Positions 21,955 through 30,635 are shown, counted from the stretch's first letter. The stretch is DNA of 64,000 bases from Candidatus Kapaibacterium sp. (GCA_044350705.1 JBILHA010000002.1:114295-178294); one strand, 5' to 3'. Notes: generated by a model not told the origin, from the letters alone. Translations and numbers: made by a program.

Positions 21955-22380
21955 ATGGCAAAGAAAATCAAAGCCGTATTGAAGGTGCAGGCTACGGGTG
22001 GCGCAGCTACCCCCGCACCACCACTTGGTCCGGTACTTGGTCAGCAGGGTATCCCAATTCAGCAGTTCGTTACGGAATTTAACGCTGCAACGCAAGATCG
22101 TCGTGGCGAAGTTGTTCCTGCAGTGATTACGGTGTACGAAGATCGAACGTTCTCGTTCATCCTCAAAACCGCTCCTGCATCTGAACTCATCAAGAAGGAG
22201 CTCAGTCTCAAGACCGGTTCTGGAAAGCCAAATCAGGAAAAACTTGGAAAACTTTCTCGCGAACAGCTCAAACGCATCGCTGAAAAGAAGCTTCCTGACC
22301 TCAACACCAAAGATGTTGAAAAAGCAATGAAGATCATTGCGGGTACCGCACGTCAGATGGGTGTTGATACCGAGATCTAA
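21955..22380 (+). CDS. rplK: 50S ribosomal protein L11
   Basis: [33 protein letters not shown]… is the L11 N-terminal signature. Confidence 0.9.
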   Translation: MAKKIKAVLKVQATGGAATPAPPLGPVLGQQGIPIQQFVTEFNAATQDRRGEVVPAVITVYEDRTFSFILKTAPASELIKKELSLKTGSGKPNQEKLGKLSREQLKRIAEKKLPDLNTKDVEKAMKIIAGTARQMGVDTEI

Positions 22381-22417
22381 GCTATAATCGAACGGATATT
22401 CTTCATCCCCCTTCACT

Positions 22418-22834
22418 ATGGCTACCGCAAACAATACCTCAGTTGCGTCGTTCATTCTCCGAGTGTACTTCGCACTGGTGTCAGCAGTAACGCTGTTTAC
22501 ACTCATGTTCGGTGCTATTGATTTGCTCACGATTGGCTTGCGTCAGGTTATTCCTGGAGCAAACCAGCCCGAGTGGGGACTGGAAAACTGTTCTGATACG
22601 ACCAATCGTTATCCTCAGCCTATGGCTGTTGATACCGGAGAAACTCTTGATGAGCCAACCGAAGAGGAACTCAAGGCTGCATGCGAAGCACGCAACGCTG
22701 ACATGCTCCGCAACTGGCACAACCAGCAAGCGGCAGGCCTCGTTCGCAACATTGCACTCATCATCGTTTCCCTCCCTCTCTTCATCATCCACTTCCGCGT
22801 CGTGTACAAGGATTGGAAGAGTGAAAGAACATAA
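22418..22834 (+). CDS. Hypothetical small membrane protein with two TM helices, inserted between rplK and rplA
   Basis: 138 aa. Hydrophobic N- and C-terminal helices flank an acidic central segment. It fills the rplK-rplA gap exactly, with no competing ORF. Confidence 0.45.
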   Translation: MATANNTSVASFILRVYFALVSAVTLFTLMFGAIDLLTIGLRQVIPGANQPEWGLENCSDTTNRYPQPMAVDTGETLDEPTEEELKAACEARNADMLRNWHNQQAAGLVRNIALIIVSLPLFIIHFRVVYKDWKSERT

Positions 22835-22890
22835 TTCCTCTTTAATTCGTGGGAGTCTTGCACATAGGCGGACGCCATAACCACATCTCT

Positions 22891-23571
22891 ATGCACAGCA
22901 AACGCTTCACTTCACTTAAATCAAGCACCCAGCAGAAGGCGCTCGCGCCTGCAGATGCCGCTGCACTCGCAAAAGCAAATGCTACTGCGAAGTTTGATGA
23001 AACCATCGAAATGCACTTTAACCTTGGCATTGATCCCAAGCAGGGTGACCAGCAGATTCGCGGAACCATTTCGCTTCCTCATGGAACCGGAAAGACCAAG
23101 CGCGTTGCTGCGTTCGTTGATGCCGCAAACGAAGCTGCAGCAAAGGCGGCCGGTGCAGACATCGTTGCTACCGAAGAAACGATTGAAGAAATCGTACGTA
23201 CCGGTAAAATCGATTTCGATGTTGCCGTTGCCGTTCCAAGTATGATGACCAAGCTTGCGAAAGCAGCAAAGGTCCTTGGTCCTCGCGGTCTTATGCCTAA
23301 CCCGAAGACCGATACCGTGAATCCCAACGTTGCCAAGATGATCGAAGAACAGAAGGCGGGTAAAATCTCCTTCAAGAACGACAACACCGGTAACGTGCAC
23401 ATGATCGTAGGCAAGGCATCTTTCTCTGGTGAGAAGCTTGCAGAAAATATCGTTGCTGCCCTTGATGCAATCCGCAAGGCAAAGCCACAGAGCTCGAAGG
23501 GAATCTACTTCAAGTCTGTAACGCTTACCTCAACCATGGGTCCTGCAGTTCGCCTTGATATCAATGCGTAA
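22891..23571 (+). CDS. rplA: 50S ribosomal protein L1
   Basis: …IEMHFNLGIDPKQGDQQIRGTISLPHGTGK… and …LGPRGLMPNPKTDTV… L1 signatures. Start at MHSKRF. Confidence 0.9.
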   Translation: MHSKRFTSLKSSTQQKALAPADAAALAKANATAKFDETIEMHFNLGIDPKQGDQQIRGTISLPHGTGKTKRVAAFVDAANEAAAKAAGADIVATEETIEEIVRTGKIDFDVAVAVPSMMTKLAKAAKVLGPRGLMPNPKTDTVNPNVAKMIEEQKAGKISFKNDNTGNVHMIVGKASFSGEKLAENIVAALDAIRKAKPQSSKGIYFKSVTLTSTMGPAVRLDINA

Positions 23572-23583
23572 TGCAAACAATAA

Positions 23584-23625
23584 AACCCCGCATTGCTCTC
23601 ATCGAGCTTTGCTGGGTTTTTTGTT
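23584..23625 (+). terminator. Imperfect hairpin plus T-tract after rplA
   Basis: ACCCCGCATTGCTC-tcatc-GAGCTTTGCTGGG followed by TTTTTTG. Confidence 0.45.
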
Positions 23626-23698
23626 TGCGTACTTTTTATTGACAAAATAGGGGAAAATAGTAACTATAGTCATCGCATCTTTGCTCAGGAGCGCACAC

Positions 23699-24004
23699 AT
23701 GGAATATACGTTCGAGGATGGTCTAGAACAGATCGTCACGGCCGCGGTCTGGATGCTAGATTTGGAAGAACGAGAACAGGAACTTCTTTTTCCGATCGTC
23801 ATCTTCGTAGACGGATTCCGGATCACGTTCCAGCCCCTCACCATGAGGAGGCATTATCGTGATTTTGTTGTATCTGGGACCTCCTCCACCAATTTGAGCA
23901 GGATCGTATACATTTCCTTTAACCTACAAGACGGCGGGGAGGAGGTTACTCTGAGCGACTTTAGAGTCGTATTCGAGCATTACCCTCCTACTGAAAGTCA
24001 CTAG
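23699..24004 (+). CDS. Hypothetical small protein (101 aa), apparently a self-contained transcription unit
   Basis: AGGAG SD lies 7 nt upstream of the ATG. An upstream TTGACA hexamer has a non-ideal -10 spacing. A downstream hairpin TGCCCA-N13-TGGGCA is followed by TTTTTTT at 24005-24044. No recognisable family. Confidence 0.35.
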   Translation: MEYTFEDGLEQIVTAAVWMLDLEEREQELLFPIVIFVDGFRITFQPLTMRRHYRDFVVSGTSSTNLSRIVYISFNLQDGGEEVTLSDFRVVFEHYPPTESH

Positions 24005-24119
24005 TGCCCAGTTCTTCTAGAGGATTGGGCATTCGCCTTTTTTTCACGATTGAACATACTCCCCACGTCCACAGGTGCCCCTCCCTTCCTCGGGAGGCTT
24101 TTGTTAAGGTGCTGGCACT

Positions 24120-25046
24120 ATGGATTTTCCGGCGGTTTCGGGAGGAATGCTCTCCCATGCTCTTGTTCAAAAACTTCTCGGAACTGGCCACATTTTTGGC
24201 GCTTTTTCAAATGCAATCACTCACGCCTCGCTCCCGCTCCACAGCACGCGTGAGATCTATCGCCTTCAGGCGCGAGCTATTCCTCAAAAGGGTGAGCGCA
24301 TCCGCCACCTTCTTCGTGTAACTTCCGCCCTAGAACTCCCCCCTGGGAGTCCACTTGAAACATCCGGCCTCTATCTCATACGCCTGCGGGAAACGCTCGT
24401 CCTTCCTTCGGGAATTTTTTGCGCTTTCTCTCTTTCTCACACGGTGAATTTCTTCCGTTCTCTCGAACTTTTCTTTGATGGGTCTTCTTCACTCAATCAG
24501 TCTCCGGCAGGATATACCGGTGAACTTTGGGCGCTTGTACAGCCTGAGCAGGGGCCTATCATTCTTTCAGACGAGATATCTCTCGGACATCTTTTCTTCT
24601 TCTCTTCTTTCTCTTCACTCCCACTCGGAGAAGTTTTGCGGGCACATCATGACACTCCTCTTTTTACCGATCATGAGTATCATCCGCTTCTTCCGGACCT
24701 CTCCCCGACCCATACCTTCATTCTTACCCTCGCACTTTCCAATACAACCTCCGTCGCTCAAAACTCACGTGCGATTCTTTCTTCCCAAGAACACCTTCAT
24801 CTTCCTCAATTTTTCTCTGGACGCATTTTGCGAGATGGAAAAGGGGTCACTTTCTTACCCCCGGGCTTTGGTGCGGATACCGAGCAAGGCAAGCCCATTA
24901 CCCTGTCTTTCTTCCCAACTCAGCATACGCTTTTCCGTGCAAATGAGCCCCTTTGTGAAATGGAACTCCTCCCGGTCGCTCAAGAAATTTCCCCCGCTCA
25001 AACGTTATACACATCGCCCCATGAAGAGACAGGAAAAACCGAGTAA
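24120..25046 (+). CDS. Divergent dUTPase/dCTP-deaminase-superfamily-like protein with a ~130-aa C-terminal extension (uncertain)
   Basis: The hand alignment shows …FFRSLELFFDGSSSLNQSPAGYTGELWALVQPEQGPIILSDEISLGHLFF…. This resembles dUTPase motifs 2 and 3 (RSGL … IDxDYRGE…GxRIAQ), and an upstream L-PG…LP segment resembles Dcd. Caveat: the + strand here is pyrimidine-rich and all three forward frames are open, so coding status is uncertain. The true start may be the internal MLSHAL at 24147. Confidence 0.4.
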   Translation: MDFPAVSGGMLSHALVQKLLGTGHIFGAFSNAITHASLPLHSTREIYRLQARAIPQKGERIRHLLRVTSALELPPGSPLETSGLYLIRLRETLVLPSGIFCAFSLSHTVNFFRSLELFFDGSSSLNQSPAGYTGELWALVQPEQGPIILSDEISLGHLFFFSSFSSLPLGEVLRAHHDTPLFTDHEYHPLLPDLSPTHTFILTLALSNTTSVAQNSRAILSSQEHLHLPQFFSGRILRDGKGVTFLPPGFGADTEQGKPITLSFFPTQHTLFRANEPLCEMELLPVAQEISPAQTLYTSPHEETGKTE

Positions 25047-25073
25047 GGTAGGTCGAGATTTTACTCCGCACTT

Positions 25074-25658
25074 ATGAAAGATCTTTTTGGCCCTGGTTCA
25101 AATTGCGAAAAACGCATCGTAAAGGATGTTGAACATGTTAGAAAAATTGTCGAAGGCCTGAAAACGCTTGGCTTAAAGGTTGTCCTTACTCAAGGAACGT
25201 ATGACCTCGTACACATCGGCCATGCTCGTTACTTTGAAGCCGCGAAAGCACACGGTGATATTCTTATCGTAGGCGTTGATAGCGATGAAAAGGTGCGCGC
25301 TCGCAAAGGACCGGAGCGCCCTATTGTCCCCGAAGAAGAGCGCATGGAGATGCTTGCACATATGCGGCATGTTGATCTGACGTTTCTCAAGCCTCATACC
25401 ACCGAAAAGTGGAGCCTCATTAAAGCCGTGCAGCCGGATGTACTCATCGCAACGCGAGAAACATATTCCGACACGCAACTTCAAGAACTCAAACAGTACT
25501 GCAAAGAAGTTGTCGTGCTCGATCCACAAGCCACCACTTCAACGAGCGCAAAAATTCGTCGTATGCAAATTAATACGGCAAAGAAGTTTGAGGAAACGCT
25601 TGTTCCGGAGCTCATGAAAGCTATTCAGGAGACGCTTGATAAAATGAAGGCGGAGTAG
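25074..25658 (+). CDS. Cytidylyl/adenylyl-transferase-like nucleotidyltransferase (RfaE domain II / TagD family)
   Basis: GTYDLVHIGHARYFEAAKAHGDILIVGVDSDEKVRARKGPERPIVPEEERMEMLAHMRHVD closely matches the HxGH nucleotidyltransferase core of HldE-C and TagD. Confidence 0.75.
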   Translation: MKDLFGPGSNCEKRIVKDVEHVRKIVEGLKTLGLKVVLTQGTYDLVHIGHARYFEAAKAHGDILIVGVDSDEKVRARKGPERPIVPEEERMEMLAHMRHVDLTFLKPHTTEKWSLIKAVQPDVLIATRETYSDTQLQELKQYCKEVVVLDPQATTSTSAKIRRMQINTAKKFEETLVPELMKAIQETLDKMKAE

Positions 25659-25660
25659 CT

Positions 25661-26497
25661 ATGAAAAAAGTCCTCATTGCGTACGTGCCGGTTTTGCACG
25701 AAGGATATCGTGCACTTTTTGCGCGGCATTCAGACGCTGAGGCACTTTTTCTTTTTGGCGAAGATGTTATCGCAGAGTACAAACACCTTCTCAAGGACAT
25801 TCGTAAACTGCATCCAGAACTTACCCAAAAGGCCATCGCCTCATGGAATCTTTTTCCTCGGATAGAACTCTTGACGCAAGAAAGCATCAAGGCACTTCAA
25901 GCGCAGAAAGATGTCGCCATCATTTTTTCCGACGATGACGTAACCCGTGAACTCATGGAAAAATATTTTCCCGAGCATCAGAAAGAGGCGGATACGATTT
26001 TTCTCCGTTGGGACAAAAAAACGGCAATTGAGCCGATGCAAGTTTCTCCTGATGTTCGCATTAGCCATGATGCATTTGATCGCGATATTATTGCAGCGAC
26101 CAAAGAAGAAGCGCAGAAAAGTCCCGACTGGTGGCGACGCATTGGCGCTTTTGCGGTACGTGATGGAAAAATTCTTTTCACCGCGCACAATACGTATCTT
26201 CCCGCAGAACAAACCGCATACGACGAAGGCGATCCTCGTTCGAATTTTTCAAGCGGCGTGCATTTAGAGTCCTCGCTCGCGTTTCATGCAGAGGCGAATC
26301 TCGTTGCGCAAGCCGCAAAAACAGGTACATCTCTTGAGGGCGCTGATGTATATTCGGAAACATTCCCCTGTCCTCCGTGTGCAAAGCAACTTGCAGCTTC
26401 GGGTATAAAACGACTTTTCTATCGAACCGGTTACAAAGTACTTGATGGTGAACGAATTTTGAAAAGTTTTGGGGTTGAGATTGTGTTTGTTGAGTAA
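25661..26497 (+). CDS. dCMP/cytidine deaminase-family zinc deaminase fused to an unknown ~150-aa N-terminal domain
   Basis: C-terminal deaminase signature …HAEANLVAQAAKTG…ETFPCPPCAKQLAASGIKRLFY (H-A-E … PCxxC). The N-terminal 150 aa have no motif I recognise. Confidence 0.75.
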   Translation: MKKVLIAYVPVLHEGYRALFARHSDAEALFLFGEDVIAEYKHLLKDIRKLHPELTQKAIASWNLFPRIELLTQESIKALQAQKDVAIIFSDDDVTRELMEKYFPEHQKEADTIFLRWDKKTAIEPMQVSPDVRISHDAFDRDIIAATKEEAQKSPDWWRRIGAFAVRDGKILFTAHNTYLPAEQTAYDEGDPRSNFSSGVHLESSLAFHAEANLVAQAAKTGTSLEGADVYSETFPCPPCAKQLAASGIKRLFYRTGYKVLDGERILKSFGVEIVFVE

Positions 26498-26500
26498 TAC

Positions 26501-27013
26501 CTATTTTTTCTTGTAGTTACTTGGTTGTCCGAATTTGAATCGCCAGGCTTCAGCGGTTTCGGCAAGCGCTTCGAGATCGGGCTCAATGAGATGTGCATGA
26601 AGGTGGAGCACGGTTGAGCCGTAGTTTCCTTTGTCTGATGAGCCAAAGCGCATGGCGAGCCCACCACCAATGATATTTCTCTTTTTCGCCTCTTCAGCAA
26701 ACATTTCGAAAAGCTCCGCACCGGCCTCGGGAGTAAGCTCACCCATGTGTTCGATGTGCTTTTTGTGAATAGCGAGTACTTGGTGTTTTACTCGCTCGTA
26801 CGGCCACTGGTTGTCGGTAAGAAACCAGTGTTTTCCTTCTTTGATAATAGGTGCCTTATGGTATTTTTCGAGATTTTCCGGACAGAACGGGCAATGCCCT
26901 TCGTTTTTTATTTCTTCCATGACAGCGCGCTGGTCATCTCTTCGTACGGTTGAGAGATTGATATAGCGGTTAGGGTTCCCTTCTTCGCTCATAGATTTGG
27001 TACGTTGCGTCAT
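26501..27013 (-). CDS. HIT-superfamily protein with a CxxC N-terminal zinc-binding motif
   Basis: Histidine triad HLHAHLI near the C-terminus. CPFCPENLEKYH lies upstream. Start is ambiguous (M1, M15 or M22). Convergent with the deaminase gene and co-directional with folA and thyA. Confidence 0.6.
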   Translation of the reverse strand: MTQRTKSMSEEGNPNRYINLSTVRRDDQRAVMEEIKNEGHCPFCPENLEKYHKAPIIKEGKHWFLTDNQWPYERVKHQVLAIHKKHIEHMGELTPEAGAELFEMFAEEAKKRNIIGGGLAMRFGSSDKGNYGSTVLHLHAHLIEPDLEALAETAEAWRFKFGQPSNYKKK

Positions 27014-27473
27014 GTTCGTTTTTTTCGTCCTTCGGCCACTGTTCTTCATGAACAAGATTCCACTGTGAAAAATCTATCTCAGGAAGCTTCACTTCGCCCT
27101 CAGGCTGCGTATGAACTCGGGTAAGGTACAGGCGCTCTACCGAGGGCAAGGCGATGCGATATATCGCTTCACCTCCACAGATCACCACCTCTTCTCCTTT
27201 CGTTTTTTCTCCCGCATCTTCCCATGAAGAAGCAACGACGCACTCAGAAGGAGCAAAAAAGTTTTCCTGGCGAGTAATAATGACGTTTTTTCGATCAGGT
27301 AGCGGTTTTCCTAAACGTGCCATGATCGAGTCAAAGGTTTTTCGACCCATGATTACCGTTTTGCCGATCGTGAGCGCTTTGAAATTCTTGAGATCGCGCG
27401 GCAAATACCAAGGCAATGTATTAAGGTTGCCAATGACGTCATTATCCGCTGCTGCCACGATCATGGAAATCAT
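26970..27473 (-). CDS. folA: Dihydrofolate reductase
   Basis: MISMIVAAADNDVIGNLNTLPWYLPRDLKNFKALTIGKTVIMGRKTFDSI is the canonical DHFR N-terminus. Confidence 0.85.
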   Translation of the reverse strand: MISMIVAAADNDVIGNLNTLPWYLPRDLKNFKALTIGKTVIMGRKTFDSIMARLGKPLPDRKNVIITRQENFFAPSECVVASSWEDAGEKTKGEEVVICGGEAIYRIALPSVERLYLTRVHTQPEGEVKLPEIDFSQWNLVHEEQWPKDEKNEHDATYQIYERRREP

Positions 27474-27475
27474 AC

Positions 27476-28390
27476 TTAAATCGCCACGGGAATTCCTTTA
27501 ATTCCGGGATGAGGATGGTAATCTTCTACCGTGAAGTGTGTATGCCTGAAATCGAAGAAGTTCTTGACGCTTGTGTCCATTTTCATGGTGGCAAAAGGAC
27601 GCGGTTCGCGGGCGAGCATCGTTTCTACGGCAGGAATTTGGTCAACAAAAATATGCGCATCTGAGAAGCTGTGAATGTACTCATACGGCTCTGTTCCCGT
27701 AGCGTGTGCGATCATCATGAGGAGCGCGCCATATTGCACCATGTTCGAAGGAACGCCTACGGGCACATCGCCCGAGCGCTGGAACATATGAAGCGTGAGC
27801 TTGTTATCAATCACACGCAAATGGATCCATCCGTGACAAGGACAAACGACCACTTTTTGCTGTTTGCCTTCTCCACGAATGGTGTACTGCGGGATCCAGG
27901 GAGAAATAAAGTGCGTTTTAAGATGAGGTAGCTCGCGAATTTGCTCAATAATATTTTGGAATTGGTTGAAGGTACCCCCGTCAGCGGTAGGAAAATCGTG
28001 GAAAGCTGCGCCATACGATCCAGGTCCAAGATCACCCGGTTCAAGGCCGCGCTTTTTACACTTTTCTTCAGTTACCCAAGACTGCCACCAGTAACATCCG
28101 AATTCTTCTAACTGTTTTTGGGTTCGTGCGCCATTTGCAAAGCCGCAAATCTCCCCAATTGCTTGCCGCCAGATGGTTACCGGCAAACGATCTGATTCTT
28201 TGGGAGCCATGTTTCGCTCATTAATGAGCGGGAAGCCGTTTTCAAATTTAAAGCGAAGAGGATTGGGTGCAATCAGACTGATCGTATCCACTCCTTGCTG
28301 ACTATTGCTGCGCTCGCCACGTTCAAGGACATCACGAAGAAGGCGCTGATATTGTGCATCTGGCGTGCGTTCTGCAAAGGGTTTCATCAT
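27476..28390 (-). CDS. thyA: Thymidylate synthase (ThyA family, with insertions)
   Basis: Hand alignment to E. coli ThyA shows catalytic VVCPCHGW (PCH), DLGPGSYG, SDAHIFVDQ (DAHxY), SREPRP and the C-terminal YHPHPGIKGIPVAI. Start placed at MMKPFAERT. An in-frame upstream extension exists in the ORF track. Confidence 0.85.
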   Translation of the reverse strand: MMKPFAERTPDAQYQRLLRDVLERGERSNSQQGVDTISLIAPNPLRFKFENGFPLINERNMAPKESDRLPVTIWRQAIGEICGFANGARTQKQLEEFGCYWWQSWVTEEKCKKRGLEPGDLGPGSYGAAFHDFPTADGGTFNQFQNIIEQIRELPHLKTHFISPWIPQYTIRGEGKQQKVVVCPCHGWIHLRVIDNKLTLHMFQRSGDVPVGVPSNMVQYGALLMMIAHATGTEPYEYIHSFSDAHIFVDQIPAVETMLAREPRPFATMKMDTSVKNFFDFRHTHFTVEDYHPHPGIKGIPVAI

Positions 28391-28571
28391 AGAAAAGTCT
28401 TGATTTCTTTTTACAAAGAAGACGTGGTGCACCAGCATGGTTTGCATCACGTCGTCTCTTTCAATCGCGGCGTGCGATGCACCGAATGTGCCATTGTGAA
28501 CCCCCTGGGTCAAACACCTGTGTGGATATGAGATACGGAAAAAATGAAAAACATGGGAAAATGCCCTGTAT

Positions 28572-29000
28572 ATGGAAATTGCCATTCGTCGACTGAGTCC
28601 TGATACTCCTCTCCCTCTTTATCAAACCCCTGGCGCGTGCGCCTTCGATCTTGCAGTTATTGAAGACGGGATGCTTGCTCCGGGAGAACGAAAAATGTTT
28701 CGCACGGGGCTTGTGGTATGTGTTCCTGAAGGACATGTCCTCGTTCTTGCGGCACGTTCGAGTAACGCAAAAAAAGGTATTCAAATGGCAAATGGTATTG
28801 GCATCATTGATCAGGATTACTGCGGCCCCGAAGACGAGCTTCGCCTCTTTCTCTACAACATAGGCAACGAACCCTATCATATTGAGAAAGGAGAGCGCGT
28901 TGCGCAAGGAATGTTTTTGCCGGTCACGAAAGGTATATTCACCGAAATTTCTCATTGGAATGTGGAAAACAATCGGGGCGGATTTGGAACTACCGGATAA
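28572..29000 (+). CDS. dut: dUTP diphosphatase
   Basis: dUTPase motifs: AARSSNAKKG (RSG-like), GIGIIDQDYCGPEDEL and GERVAQGMF. 142 aa. Confidence 0.9.
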   Translation: MEIAIRRLSPDTPLPLYQTPGACAFDLAVIEDGMLAPGERKMFRTGLVVCVPEGHVLVLAARSSNAKKGIQMANGIGIIDQDYCGPEDELRLFLYNIGNEPYHIEKGERVAQGMFLPVTKGIFTEISHWNVENNRGGFGTTG

Positions 29001-29029
29001 AACTGCGGTATGATGTGCCTAAACGTCCT

Positions 29030-29884
29030 ATGAAACCTCTCATTTCCATTGGCTCCCTCATTGACACCAGCTTCGAGCACTATCGCAAGCATCTTCCCTC
29101 CATTCTCGGCATTACGTTGTGGCTCCTTGTTGCCGCGATTCCTTCCGCGATCGGCATTTTACTCAGCCGAGAAGGGGATGATCTCGGGCTGGCAACGTGG
29201 GCATCATTTGGCTTGAATGTGGTAGGAGGTGTTATTACCGTCCTCGCGTCGCTGCACATTAGCGTCGCCCTCATTCTTGCGGTACGGGAGCAGCGAAAAG
29301 GAAAAAGCATCGATCCTCGCGTCGTCCTTCGCAAGGCCTTCTCCCTTGATCTCTCCTATATTTGGGCGATGATTCTCAAAAATATCTTCGCCGTTCTTCT
29401 CCCGCTCATCCCTCTCATCCTTGCTTTTGCCGCTTTTATCTTTGCGTTACGCTCCGAAAATACGCTTCTCGTGAACTCCCTTTCCATTCTTGCATTTATT
29501 GCCATTCTCATTGCCCTTGGAGGAGCGATTAAGTTTTCTCTCACCTACAACTTCGTACCGTATGCCACGGTCCTGGAAGGAAAACGCGGCATGGAGAGTC
29601 TCCGCACCAGCGCAACCCTGGTACGTGGACGCTGGTGGGAAACATTTTGGCGTTCCTTCCTTCCCAAGGCTCTCTATACGCTCATATTCGTTGTCGCTCT
29701 GGGGGTTATTCTCTGGGTTACCGGCATTATTGCCATCGCGGTCTCCCAAGAATCCTTCGTCATTGCCAAATTCTTTGCACTGCTGAACTTCTTCATCTCA
29801 ACCCTCGTCAATGCCTTCATGCTTCCCCTTCTCCTGCTCAACGATTACTACCTGTATGACAATCTTCAAGAAACGCGTGAGTAA
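29030..29884 (+). CDS. Hypothetical polytopic membrane protein, paralog A
   Basis: About 6 TM helices. Conserved …RGRWWETFWRSFLPKALYTLIF… segment is shared with the next gene. Confidence 0.5.
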   Translation: MKPLISIGSLIDTSFEHYRKHLPSILGITLWLLVAAIPSAIGILLSREGDDLGLATWASFGLNVVGGVITVLASLHISVALILAVREQRKGKSIDPRVVLRKAFSLDLSYIWAMILKNIFAVLLPLIPLILAFAAFIFALRSENTLLVNSLSILAFIAILIALGGAIKFSLTYNFVPYATVLEGKRGMESLRTSATLVRGRWWETFWRSFLPKALYTLIFVVALGVILWVTGIIAIAVSQESFVIAKFFALLNFFISTLVNAFMLPLLLLNDYYLYDNLQETRE

Positions 29885-29960
29885 TCACCCTGCACAAAAC
29901 GCCATCCCTGGCGTTTTTGCGCTTTTTGAAGAAACGCAGCGCGTCATTTCCCCTGAACGC

Positions 29961-30635
29961 ATGCGCCTTGCCGGGTATGCCGCCTGGCTTATCATGCCTG
30001 CTCTTGCCACCTTTGGCCTTTCTTTTCTTCCTCTTTCTCCGCTTTGGAACACCCTTCTTCGTAACATCGTTTTGGTAGGAGATATTCTGTTGGGTATTTG
30101 GGTAAGCGCCTCTCTTACCCTTGTTGCGCTCCGCAAATTTCAGCGCCAATCTTTCGATGATCAAGTAATTGTAGAGCACGTCCTCAAAACCTTCCCCGTA
30201 CTCGTGTATCTTTTCGCCTTTTCTTTTCTTTGTATTATCGGAGGAATATACCTTCTCTTTTTGCCGGGAATGATCGCGTTTGTCTGGCTTGCTTTTGGCA
30301 ACATACTTGCCCTTGATATTTCCGGCCTCTCTTTTTCAGCGGCAGTTACCCAGAGCCGCAATCTCAGCAAGGGAAGATTTTGGCAGGTTTTTTGGCGACT
30401 TATCGGAGGCAATATGCTTTTTGGCCTTGCATATCTTGCACTCAGCACACTCGTTCTTTCTCTGGTGTTCGCACTCGCAGGCATTGATCCTCGCGTTTTT
30501 CTTGATACCACGCTTTTGGCACAGTCCGTTATTCCTCCTTGGATTTCCCTCCTGCTCATTGCGCTTTCCCTTCCCTTCGTTCCTTATCGAGCGGTATACC
30601 ACGTTGCGCTTTACGAGGCGCTTAAAAAAGCGTAA
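29961..30635 (+). CDS. Hypothetical polytopic membrane protein, paralog B
   Basis: Same architecture, with motif …KGRFWQVFWRLIGGNMLFGLAYL…. An alternative start at 29856 is possible. Confidence 0.5.
   Translation: MRLAGYAAWLIMPALATFGLSFLPLSPLWNTLLRNIVLVGDILLGIWVSASLTLVALRKFQRQSFDDQVIVEHVLKTFPVLVYLFAFSFLCIIGGIYLLFLPGMIAFVWLAFGNILALDISGLSFSAAVTQSRNLSKGRFWQVFWRLIGGNMLFGLAYLALSTLVLSLVFALAGIDPRVFLDTTLLAQSVIPPWISLLLIALSLPFVPYRAVYHVALYEALKKA

Noticed and set aside
24475-25077. Alternative 200-aa ORF in another frame of the CT-rich region
   Set aside because: It overlaps the longer dUTPase-like frame and carries no motifs. The open frame is explained by pyrimidine richness.
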